A stretch of DNA of 64,000 nucleotides from Camelus ferus. Taxonomy: Eukaryota. Shown here one piece after another: positions 50,301 to 62,159 of this stretch. Below the pieces are notes generated by a model. That model had not been told where the DNA came from, ran no database searches, and saw nothing but the letters and a program-made list of their open reading frames with translations. A program made the position numbers and the translations under genes. The DNA is taken from contig NC_045697.1 in the NCBI RefSeq assembly GCF_009834535.1, positions 120,282,001-120,346,000 of the forward strand, given 5' to 3'. Every line of letters begins with the position of its first letter. Positions within the stretch are counted from its first letter, which is position 1.

Positions 50301-53300
50301 CTCCATAGTCCATCTCGGGGCACTCGCTTCTACTTGGATTTCCAGCCCAAACCCAAGCTTTTCCTCGCAGCCCGGCCGGGTAAAGCACACAGGGAAAATA
50401 TGATATTGGTTGAAATTGAACCCAGTCTCTACCTAAAGTTGTAGGAACCTTCCCACATCTAGGGTATATTAAGAAACATTTGTTTGTCTGATGGTGATGG
50501 GTAAAAAAACTCCAAGCATGTATCAGGGGGCTTAGGTGTTCCAAGGTTGTAGGACTTTGGAAAATTACCTCAAATTCTCATGGGGATTATCTCGCTGCTT
50601 CTACGAATTACAGCCAAGCCCACAGCTTTACCTGGCAGCCAGGCCTTTGAAAACACTCACGGAAAACAAAATACTGGTGCTTCTAGAACCCAGGCACTGC
50701 TGAAAGATGTAGAAACCTCCCCGTACACAGGGTAACAGAACAGCTCTTTGTGTGTGTGATGGACTAGGAAAACACACTCCATGCATGTTTCTGGGGTGCA
50801 CGTGTAACCAGGCTGTGTGTCGTTGGCTAAGTGTCTCCAGAGCCCATGGGGATGCACTCTGTTTTTCTTCATTTTCCAGCCCTACTCACAGCTTTCCCTT
50901 GCAGCCCGGGTTAGGAAAACACCCAGGGATGACAAACTAATTGATTCTATCAGAACCCCGGCGCTGCTGTCTGTTGGAGGAACCTCCACACACACAGGAT
51001 TTACAAACTCTTCTTTGCTTGGGGGAATTGTGAAGCCCCACCCCTCACACATGGCTGAGGGCACAAGTTTTTCCCTGTTAAGTAAAAGTCCGCTAATTAC
51101 CTCTACAGACAATCGTGGGGTACTCGCTGCTACTTGGATTTCCATCCCAAACCCCAGGATTCCCTAGCAGCCCGGCCTGGGGAAACACACAGGGAAAAGA
51201 ACCTACTGGTGCTATTAGAACAAATGCGCTGCTAACAATTGTGGAAAACTTCGAAAATTCATGATATAGAGCACATCTTTCTGTGTGTGATTTAGTAGTA
51301 AACCACACTCCAGGCATTTTTCTGGGGATCCAGTTTTTCCCAGGTTGGGAGATGTCGGCTAGATTCCTTCACTGCCCATTGGGATGCATTGATTTCTTCT
51401 TGGTTTTCAAGCCTATCTCCCAACTTTCCCTTGCATTACGGTCTTGTATTATACCCAGGTATGACAGTCTAAGTGATTTAATCAGAGCTACGATGCTGCT
51501 GTCACATTTAGGAACTTCCAGACACTTAGGATTCTGGATCACGGCTATGCATGGAGGTAGCTTTGGAGACCCACACCACAGAGATGGCTGGGGGCACAGG
51601 TTTTTCCTTGTTAGGGAGATGTCCGCTAATTACCTCCACAGTCAATCTTGGGTCACTCACTACTACATGGTTTTCCAGCGCAAGCGCAGCATTCCCTCGC
51701 AATCCGGCCTGGGAAAACAATCAGGGATAATAAGCCAGTGTTTCTATTGGAACCCAGGTGTTGCACAACATTGTAGGATACTCCCCACACCCAGGAAAAG
51801 AGAACACGTCTTTGTGTGTCTCATGCAGTTTGGTAAACAGACTCCACAATTGATTCAGGTGGTTTAAGTGTTCCTAGATATTGGGAGTTCGGGTAATTCC
51901 CTCCAATGCCCATGGGAAGTCACCCGCTCCTGCTTGGCTTTCCAGCCCAACCCCCAGCTTTCCCTCTCAGCCCGGCCTGGGATAACACTCAGGGATCATA
52001 TGCTATTGGTTGTATTGGAACCCAGTCGCTACCTAAGTTTGTAGGCTCCTTCCAACATCTGGGATACAGAAGAAATCTTTGTGTGTCTGATGGAGATGGG
52101 TAAACAAACTCCACGCATTTTTCAGGGGGCACAGATGTTCCAAGGCTGTGGGACGTCGGAAAATTACATCAAATTCTCATGGGGAGTATGTCACTGCTGC
52201 TACGTGTTACAGCCAAACCCACAGCTTTACCTCGCAGATAGGCGTTTGAAAACACTCACGGAAAGGAAATACTGGTGCTATTAGAACCCAGGCACTGCTG
52301 ATATTTGTAGAATCCTCCCCAAACTCAGGATAGCAGAACACATCTTTGTGTGTGTGATGGTGTAGAAAAATAAACTCCAGTCATTTTTCTGGTGGTACAG
52401 CTGTTCCCAGGTTTGGAGATGTCACCTAATTAACTCCACTGCCAATGGGGAGGCAATCTATACTTCTTTGGTTTGCAGACAATCTCCCAAATTTACCTTA
52501 CAGCCCGGCCTAAAAAACACCTAGCGATGGCAATATTATTGATTCTATGAGAAAACAGGCGGTGCTGTCTGTTGAAGGTACAACACAGACCCAAAATTCC
52601 GGAGCAAGGATTTGCTTGGGGGAGGTGTGGAGACCAACACCACAAGATGACTGCGGGCACAGTTTCTCTTTGTCTGGGAGAAGTCCACTAATTACCTCTA
52701 CAGTCAGTCTCTGGGCACTCGTTGCTACTTGGATTTCCAGCCGAACACCCAGCTTTCCCTCGCAGCCCGCCCTGGAAAACACTCAGAAGTAATTAGTTTA
52801 TGGTTCTATTGGAACACAAGCACTGCAGACCTTTGTAGGAATCTCTGCACATGCAGGATAACAGAAAATTTTTTTGGGTCTCATTGAGATGGTAAAAGCT
52901 CCACGCATGTTTCAGGGTGTACTGGTGTTCCTAGGTTTTTGGGAGGTCAGATACATCCCACTACAGCCCATGGGGAAGTACTCACTCCTGCTTGGATTTC
53001 CATCCCATCCCCCAGTTTTATGGCAACCCAGTCTGAGGAAACTATCAGGAAATGTAGCTAAATTTTCTATCAGAACCACGGTGATGCAGTCTGTTTTAGG
53101 AACTTCCACACACACAGGATTCCCAAACACGGCTTTGCTTGGAAGAGTTTTGAAGCCCCAAACCACACACATGGCTGGGGGCACAAGTTTTTCCCTGTTA
53201 GGGAGAAGTCCGCTAATTAGCTCTATAGTCCATCACTGGCACATGCTGCTACTTGGAATTCCAGCCCAACCCCCAAGTTTCCCTTGCAGCCTGGCCTGGG

Positions 53301-55870
53301 CTAACACAGAGGGAAAAGAAGCTATTGGTGCTATTCGATCCCATGCCCTGCTTACAATTGTGGAAACCTTCGAACACTCAGGATACCAGAACATATCTTT
53401 CTGTGAGTGATGGAGTAGGAAAACACACTCCAGGCATTATTCTGGGGATCCAGGTTTTCCCAGGATTGGAGATATCGGCTAGATTCCTTCAGTTCCCATG
53501 GGGTGGCACTGCATTCTTCTTCATTTTCAAGCCCAAATCCCAGCTTTCCCTTGCAGCCCGGACAAGTGAAACACCCATGGATGACAAATAAGTGATTCTA
53601 TCAGAACCCCGGCGTTGCTCTCTATTGGAGGAACCTCCAAACCTTCAGGATTCTGGAACAAGTCTTTGAGTGTGGGGAGTTGTGGATCAACAATCCACTC
53701 AGATGGATGGGGTCACAGATTTGTCCCTATTAGGGAGAAGTCCGCTAATTACCTCCAAAGTGCATCTTGGGGCACTCGCTGCTTCTCAGATTTTCAGTCT
53801 ATCCCCCAGTTTTCCCTCGCAGCCCGGCATTTTAAAACACTCAGTGATAATAATCTAGGTTTCTTTTGGAACCCAGGTGCTGCAGACAATTGTAAGAACA
53901 TCCCCACACTCAGAATAACAGAACAATTCTTTGAGTGACTGATTTAGATGGGTAAACTGAATCCACGCATGTTTCAGTTTGTATAGGAGTTCCTAGGTTG
54001 TGGGAGGTCGGATATTTACATCCACTGTCCATGGGGTGTCCCTTGCATTTGCTTGGATTCCAGCCCAACCCCCAGCGTTCCCTGGCATCCCGGCCTGTGA
54101 AAACACTGAGGGAAATTAAGCTACAGTTTCTATAAGAACTAAGGCGCTCCTGACAGGTTTAGAAACCTCCCTACACTAAGGAAAACAGAACACAGCCTTG
54201 TGTGTGTGATGGAGTAGGAAAACACAGTAAGGCATGTCACTGGGGTGCAGGTGTTCGCAGGATGGGAAATGTTGCGTAATTATCTCCACAGCCCGTGGGG
54301 AATCAGTGTCTTCTTCTTCGATATCCCGCCCTAATTCTAGCATTCCCTTGCAGCCCCACTGTGGAAAAAACCCAGGGATGAAAAACTAAATCATTCTATC
54401 AGAACCAGGGCGCTGCTGTATGTTGGAGGAACCTCCAAACTCTCAGGATTCCGGAACACGGATTTGCTTTGTGTGAATTGTGTAGCCCTACAGCACACTC
54501 CTTGCTGGGGCCCAAGATTTTCCCTTTTATGGCCAAGTCCGCTAATTACCTCCATAGTCCATCTCGGGGCACTCGCTTCTACTTGGATTTCCAGCCCAAA
54601 CCCAAGCTTTTCCTCGCAGCCCGGCCGGGTAAAGCACACAGGGAAAATATGATATTGGTTGAAATTGAACCCAGTCTCTACCTAAAGTTGTAGGAACCTT
54701 CCCACATCTAGGGTATATTAAGAAACATTTGTTTGTCTGATGGTGATGGGTAAAAAAACTCCAAGCATGTATCAGGGGGCTTAGGTGTTCCAAGGTTGTA
54801 GGACTTTGGAAAATTACCTCAAATTCTCATGGGGATTATCTCGCTGCTTCTACGAATTACAGCCAAGCCCACAGCTTTACCTGGCAGCCAGGCCTTTGAA
54901 AACACTCACGGAAAACAAAATACTGGTGCTTCTAGAACCCAGGCACTGCTGAAAGATGTAGAAACCTCCCCGTACACAGGGTAACAGAACAGCTCTTTGT
55001 GTGTGTGATGGACTAGGAAAACACACTCCATGCATGTTTCTGGGGTGCACGTGTAACCAGGCTGTGTGTCGTTGGCTAAGTGTCTCCAGAGCCCATGGGG
55101 ATGCACTCTGTTTTTCTTCATTTTCCAGCCCTACTCACAGCTTTCCCTTGCAGCCCGGGTTAGGAAAACACCCAGGGATGACAAACTAATTGATTCTATC
55201 AGAACCCCGGCGCTGCTGTCTGTTGGAGGAACCTCCACACACACAGGATTTACAAACTCTTCTTTGCTTGGGGGAATTGTGAAGCCCCACCCCTCACACA
55301 TGGCTGAGGGCACAAGTTTTTCCCTGTTAAGTAAAAGTCCGCTAATTACCTCTACAGACAATCGTGGGGTACTCGCTGCTACTTGGATTTCCATCCCAAA
55401 CCCCAGGATTCCCTAGCAGCCCGGCCTGGGGAAACACACAGGGAAAAGAACCTACTGGTGCTATTAGAACAAATGCGCTGCTAACAATTGTGGAAAACTT
55501 CGAAAATTCATGATATAGAGCACATCTTTCTGTGTGTGATTTAGTAGTAAACCACACTCCAGGCATTTTTCTGGGGATCCAGTTTTTCCCAGGTTGGGAG
55601 ATGTCGGCTAGATTCCTTCACTGCCCATTGGGATGCATTGATTTCTTCTTGGTTTTCAAGCCTATCTCCCAACTTTCCCTTGCATTACGGTCTTGTATTA
55701 TACCCAGGTATGACAGTCTAAGTGATTTAATCAGAGCTACGATGCTGCTGTCACATTTAGGAACTTCCAGACACTTAGGATTCTGGATCACGGCTATGCA
55801 TGGAGGTAGCTTTGGAGACCCACACCACAGAGATGGCTGGGGGCACAGGTTTTTCCTTGTTAGGGAGATG
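47310..55870. repeat. Very recent tandem duplication of a 16-monomer HOR variant (2 x 4,249 bp)
   Basis: Identical pseudo-ORFs at a constant offset of 4249 (47657/51906, 48625/52874, 49366/53615, 50817/55066). I noticed only two substitutions by eye (48175 G vs 52424 A; 49990 T vs 54239 A). Confidence 0.96.
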
Positions 55871-58800
55871 TCAGCTAATTACCTCCACAGTCAATCTTGG
55901 GTCACTCGCTGCTACATGGCTTTCCAGCGCAAGCGCAGCATTCCCTCGCATGCCGGCCTGGGAAAACAATCAGGGATAATAAGCCAGTGTTTCTATTGGA
56001 ACCCAAGTGTTGCAGAACATTGTAGGATACTCCCCACACCCAGTAAAAGAGAACACGTCTTTGTGTGTCTCATGCCGTTTGGTAAACAGACTCCACGATT
56101 GTTTCAGGTCGTTTAGGTGTTCCTAGTTATTGGGAGTTAGGGTAATTCCCTCCAATGCCCATGGGTAGGCACTCGCTCCTGCTTGACTTTCCAGCCCAAC
56201 CCCCAGCTTTCCCTCTCAGCCCGGCCTGGGATAACACTCAGGGATCATATGCTATTGGTTGTATTGGAACCCATTCGCTATCTAAATTTGTAGGCTCCTT
56301 CTCACATCTGGGATAACAGAAGAAATCTTTGTTTGTCTGATGGAGATGGGTAAACAAACTCCACGCATGTTTCAGGGGGCACAGTTTTTCCAAGGCCGTG
56401 GGACGTAGGAAAATTAAATCAAATTCTCATGGGGAGTATCTCATTGCTGCTATGAATTACATCCAAACCCACAGTTTACCTCTCAGCTAGGCGTGTGATA
56501 ACACTAACGGAAAAGGAAATACTTGTGCTATTAGAACCAAGGCACTGCTGATATTTGTAGAAACCTCCCCATATTCAGGATAGTAGAACATATCTTTTTG
56601 TGTGTGATGGTGTAGAAAAATAAACTACAGGCATATTTCGGGGGTGCAGCTGTTCCCAGGTTTGGAGATGTCGCCTAATTACCTCCACTGCCAATGGGGA
56701 GGCAATTTATGCTTCTTCGCCTTGCAGACCATCTTCCAAATTTACCTTAAAGACCGTCCTAAAAAAAAACCTAGGAATGACAATATTAGTGATTCTATGA
56801 GAAAACAGGCGCTGCTGTTTGTTGGAGGTACAACACAGACTCAAAATTCCGAAGCAAGGATTTGCTTGGTTGAGGTGTGGAGACCAACACCACAAGATGC
56901 ATGGGGGCACAGTTTCTCTCTGTCTGGGGGAAGTAAGCAAATAATCTCTACAGTCAATATCTGGGCACTCGTTTCTACTTGGCTTTCCATCCGAAACCCC
57001 AGCTTTCCCTCACAGCCCGCCCTGAAAAACACTCAAAGATAATAAGTTAATGGTTCTTTTGGAACACAAGCACTGCAGACCGTTGTAGGAACCTCCGCAC
57101 ACGCAGGATAACAGAAAATTTTTTTTGAGTCTCATTGAGATGGTAAAAGCTCCAAGCATGTTTCAGGGTGTACTGGTGTTCCTAGGTTGTGGGAGGTCAT
57201 ATACATCCCACTACAGCCCATGGGGAATTACTCGCTCCTGCTTGGGTTTCCAGCCCATCCCCAAGTTTCCTATGTAACCCAGCCTGAGAAAATTATCAGG
57301 AAATTTAGCTAAATTTTCTATCAGAACCCCGGTGCTGCAGTCTGATGTACGAATTTCCACACACACAGGATTCCCAAAAACGGCTTTGCTTGGAAGAGTT
57401 TTGAAGCCCCAATCCACACACATGGCTGGGGGCACAGTTTTTTCCCTGTTAGGGAGAAGTCCGCTAATTAGCTCTGCAGTCCATTTGGGCAACCACTGCT
57501 ACTTGGAATTCCAGCCCAACCACCATGTTTCCCTTGCAGCCCGGCCTGGTGTAACACAGAGTGAAAAGAAGTTATTGGTGATATTCGAACCCATGCCCTG
57601 CTGACAATTGTGGAAACCTTCGAACACTCAGGATAAAAGAACTTGTCTTTCTGTGTGTGATGGAGCAGGAAAGCACACTCCAGGCATTTTTCTGTGGATC
57701 AAGGTTTTCCCAGGTTGGGAGATTTCGGCTAGATTCCTTCAGTGCCCATGGGGTGGCACTGTCTTCTTCTTCGTTTTCAAGCCCAACTCCCAGGTTTCCC
57801 TTGCAGCCCGGACAAGTGAAACACCCATGGATGACAAATAAGTGATTCTATCAGAACCCCGGCGTTGCTGTATGTTTGAGGAACCTCCAAACCTTCAGGA
57901 TTCTGGAACACGTCTTTGAGTGTGGGGAATTTTGGAACCCCAATCCACGCAGATGGTTGGGGTCACAGATTTGTCCCTCTTAGGGAGAAGTCCGCTATTT
58001 AACTCCACAGTGTATCTTGGGGCACTCGCTTCTTCTAAGATTTTCAGACTATCCCCCAGTTTCCACTCGCAGTCCGGCCTTGTAAAACACTCAGTGATAA
58101 TAAGCTAGGTTTTTATTTTAACCCAGGTGCTTCAGGCAATTGTAGGAACCTCCCCACACTCAGAATAACAGAACAACACTTTGAGTATCTGATTTAGATG
58201 TGTAAACTAAATCCACGCATGTTTCAGGTTGTATAGGCATTCCTAGGTAGTGGGAGTACGGATATTTACATCCAATGTCCATGGGGAGTCCCTTGCAGTT
58301 GCTTGGATTCCAGCCCAACCACCAGCGTTCCCTCGCATCCCGGCCTGTGAAAACACTCAGGGAAAAAAGCTACAGTTTGTATAAGAACTAAGGCACTCCT
58401 GACAGTTGTAGAAACCTCAATACACTAAGGAAAACATAACACAGCTTTGTGTGAGTGATGGAGTAGGAAAACACAGTAAGGCATGTCTCTGGGTTGCAGG
58501 TTTTCGCAGGATGGGAAATGTTGGGTAATTACCTCCACTGCCCAAGGGGAAGCACTCTCTTCTTCTTCGATATCCAGCCCTATTTCTAGCATTCCCTTGC
58601 AGCCCGACCGTGGAAAACACCCAGGGATGTCAAACTAAATAATTCTATCAGAACCAGGGCGCTGCCTTATGTTGGAGGAACTTCCAAACACTCAGTATTA
58701 ACAAACACGTCTTTGCTTGGGGGAATTGTGAAGCCCCACTCCACACAAATGGCTGAGGGTACAAGTTTTACCCTGTTAGGTAGAAGTCCGCTAATTAACT

Positions 58801-61800
58801 ATACAGACCATGGTTGGGCACACGCTGCTACTTGGATTTCCATCCCAACCCCCAGGATTCACTTGCAGCCCGGCCTGGGGAAACACACAGGGAAAAGTAT
58901 CTACAGGTGCCATTAGAACAAATGCGCTGCTGACAATTGTGGAAACCTTCGAACACTCATGATAATAGAGCACATCTTTCTGTGTGTGATGGAGTAGTAA
59001 AACACACTCCAGGCATTTTTCTGGGGATCCAGTTTTTCCCATGTTGGGAGATGTCGGCTAGATTCCTTCACTGCCCATGGGGATGCATTGACTTCTTCTT
59101 TGTTTCCAAGCCCAACTCCCAACTTTCCCTTGCATCCCGGTCTTGTATTATACACAGGGATGACAGTCTAAGTGATTTAATAAGAGTAAGATGCTGCTCT
59201 CACTTTTAGGAACTTCCAGACTCTTAGGATTCTGGATCACGGCTATGCATGGAGGTAGATTTAGAGACCCACACCACAGAGATGGCTGGGGGCACATGTA
59301 TTTCCCTGTTAGGGAGATGTCCGCTAATTACCTCCACAGTCAATCTTGGGTCACTCGCTGCTACATGGCTTTCCAGGTCAAGCGCAGCATTCCCTCCAAG
59401 GCCTGCCTGAGAAAACAATCAGGGATAATAAGCCAGTGGTTCTATTGGAACCCAGGTGCTGCAGAACATTGTAGGATACTCCCCACACCCAGGAAAAGAG
59501 AACACTTCTTTGTGTGTCTAATGCAGTTTGGTAAACAAACTCCACTCTTGTTTCATGGGGTTAAGTTGTTCCTAGTTAGTGGGAGTTCGGGTAATTCCCT
59601 CCAATGCCCATGGGGAGGCAATCGCTCCTGCTTGGCTTTCCAGCCGAACCCCCAGTTTTCCCTCTCAGCCCGGCCTGGGAAAACACTCAGGGATAATAGG
59701 AATTGGTTGTATTGGAACCGAGTCTCTACCTACATTTTTAGGCTCCTTCCCACATCTGGGATAACAGAAGAAATCTTTGTGTGTCTGATGGAGATGGGTA
59801 AACAAACTCCACGCATTTTTCAGGGGGCAGAGATGTTCCAAGGCTGTGGGACGTCGGAAAATTTCTTCAAATTCTCATGGGGTGTGTCTCACTGCTGCTA
59901 CGAATTACATCCAAACCCACAGCTTTACCTCATAGTTAGACGTTAAAAAAACTCACGGAAAAGAAAATACTGGTGCTATTAAAATCCAGGCGCTGCTGAT
60001 ATTTGTAGAATCCTCCCCATACTCACGATAGCAAAACACATCTTTGTGTGTTTGATGGTGTAGAAAAATGCACTCCAGGCATATTTTTGGGGGTACAGCT
60101 ATTCCCAGGTTTGGAGATATCGCCTAATTAACTCCACTGCCAATGGGGAGGCAATCTATACTTCTTCGCTTTGCAGACAATCTCCCAAATTTCCCTTAAA
60201 GCCCAGCCTAAGAAAACACCTAGGGATGACAATATTAGTGATTCTATCAAAAATCCTGCGCTGCTGGCAGTTGGAGGTACAACGCAGACTCAAAATTCCG
60301 GAGGAAGTATTGGCTTGGGGGAGGTCTGGAGCCCCACACCACAAAGATGCATGTGTTCAAAGATTTTCCTTGTTTATGAGAAGTCTTATAATTAACTCTA
60401 GAGTCAATTTCTGGGCACTCGTTTCTACTTGGCTTTCCATCCGAACCGTAGCTTTCCCACGCAGCCCGCCCTGGAAAACACTCAGAGTTAATAAGTTAAT
60501 ATTTCTATTGGAACACAAGCAATGCAGACCGTTGTAGGAACCTCAGCACACGCAGGATAAAAGAAAAATTTTTTTGTGTCTCATTGAGATGGTAAAAGCT
60601 CCACGCATGTTTCAGTGTGTACTGGTGCTCCTAGGTTGTGGGAGGTCAGATAAATCCCACTACAGCCCAAAGGATGTACTCGCTACTGCTTGGCTTTCCA
60701 GCCCATCCCCCAGTTTACTATGCAACCCAGCCTGAGAAAACAATCAGGAAATTTAGCTAAAGTTTCTATCAGAACCCAGGTTCTGCAGTCTGTTGTAGGA
60801 ACTTCCACACACACAGGATTTCAAAACACGGCTTTGCTTGGTAGAGTTTTGAAGCCCCAATCCACACACATGGCTGGGGGTACAAGTTTTTCCCGTTACG
60901 GAGAAGTCCCCTAATCAGCTCTACAGTCAATCTCGGCACCCGCTGCTACTTGGAATTCCAGCCTAACCCCCATGTTTCCCTTGCAGCCTGGCCTGAGTAA
61001 CACAGAATGAAAAGAAGCTATTGGTGCTATTCGAACCCATGCCCTGCTGACAATTGTGGAAAACTTCGAACACTCAGGATATCAGAACTTATATTTCTGT
61101 GTGTGATGGAGTAGGAAAACACACTCCAGGCATTTTTCTGGGGATCCAGGTTTTCCCAGGTTGGGAGATGTCGGCTAGATTACTTCAGTGCCCATGGGGT
61201 GGCTTGTATTCTTCTTCATTTTCAAGCCCAACTCCCAGCTTTCCCTTGCAGCCCGGACAAGTGAAACACCCATGGATGTCAAATAAGTGATTCTATAAGT
61301 ACAAAGGCGTTGCTGTCTTTTGGAGTAACCTCCAAACTTTCAGGATTCTGGAACACGTCTTTGAGTGTGGGGAGTTGTGGAACCCCAATCCACGCAGATT
61401 GATGGGGTCACAGATTTGTCCCTCATAGGGAGAAGTCCGCTAATTACCTCCACAGTGCATATTGCGGCACACGCTGCTTCTTAGATTTTCAGTCTATCCC
61501 CCAGTTTCCACTCGCAGCCCGGGCTTGTAAAACACTCAGTGATAATAAGCTATGTTTCTATTGGAACCCAGGTGCTGCAGACAATTGTATGAACTTCCCC
61601 ACACTCAGAATAACAGAACAATACTTTGAGTGTCTGATTTAGATGGGTAAACTAAATCCACGCATGTTTCAGGTTGTATAGGCGTTCCTAGGTTGTGGGA
61701 GTTCGGATATTTACATCCACTGTCCATGGGGAGTCCCTTGCAGTTGCTTGGATTCCAGCCCAACCCCCAGCGTTCCCTCGCATCCAGGCCTCTGAAAACA

Positions 61801-62159
61801 CTCAGGGAAAATAAGCTACAGTTTCTATAAGAACTAAGGTGCTACTGACAGATTTAGAAACCTCCCTACACTAAGGAAAACAGAACACAGCTTTGTGTGT
61901 GTGATGGAGTAGAAAACACAGTAAGGCATGTCTCTGGGGTGCAGGTGTTCGCAGGATGGGAAATGTTGGCTAACTACCTCCACTGCCCGTGTGGAAGCAG
62001 TGTCTTCTTCTTAGATATCCAGCCCTAATTCTAGCATTCCCTTGGAGCTCGACCGTGGAAAACACCCAGGGATGACAAACTAAATCTTTCTATCAGAACC
62101 AGGGCCCTGCTGTAAGTTGGAGGAACCTCCACACCCACTGGATTAACAAACACGTCTTT
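55266..62159. repeat. Two diverged 13-monomer HOR variants (~3.45 kb each)
   Basis: E3 starts at 55266, 58715 and 62160 (3449 and 3445 bp). Order is E3 F2 L M N A2 B2 C2 E1 F G H I, i.e. the 19-mer without J K A B C D. Confidence 0.85.

Noticed and set aside
47034..56116. Three 194-aa ORFs and pairs of 178-aa and 112-aa ORFs resembling a tandem gene family
   Set aside because: Their identity reflects the recent 4,249-bp duplication; frames are not conserved in older HOR copies.
59191..59946. Longest ORF (251 aa)
   Set aside because: It is a chance read-through of satellite monomers F2-L-M-N. Paralogous copies are broken by stops and frameshifts, and no domain is recognisable.
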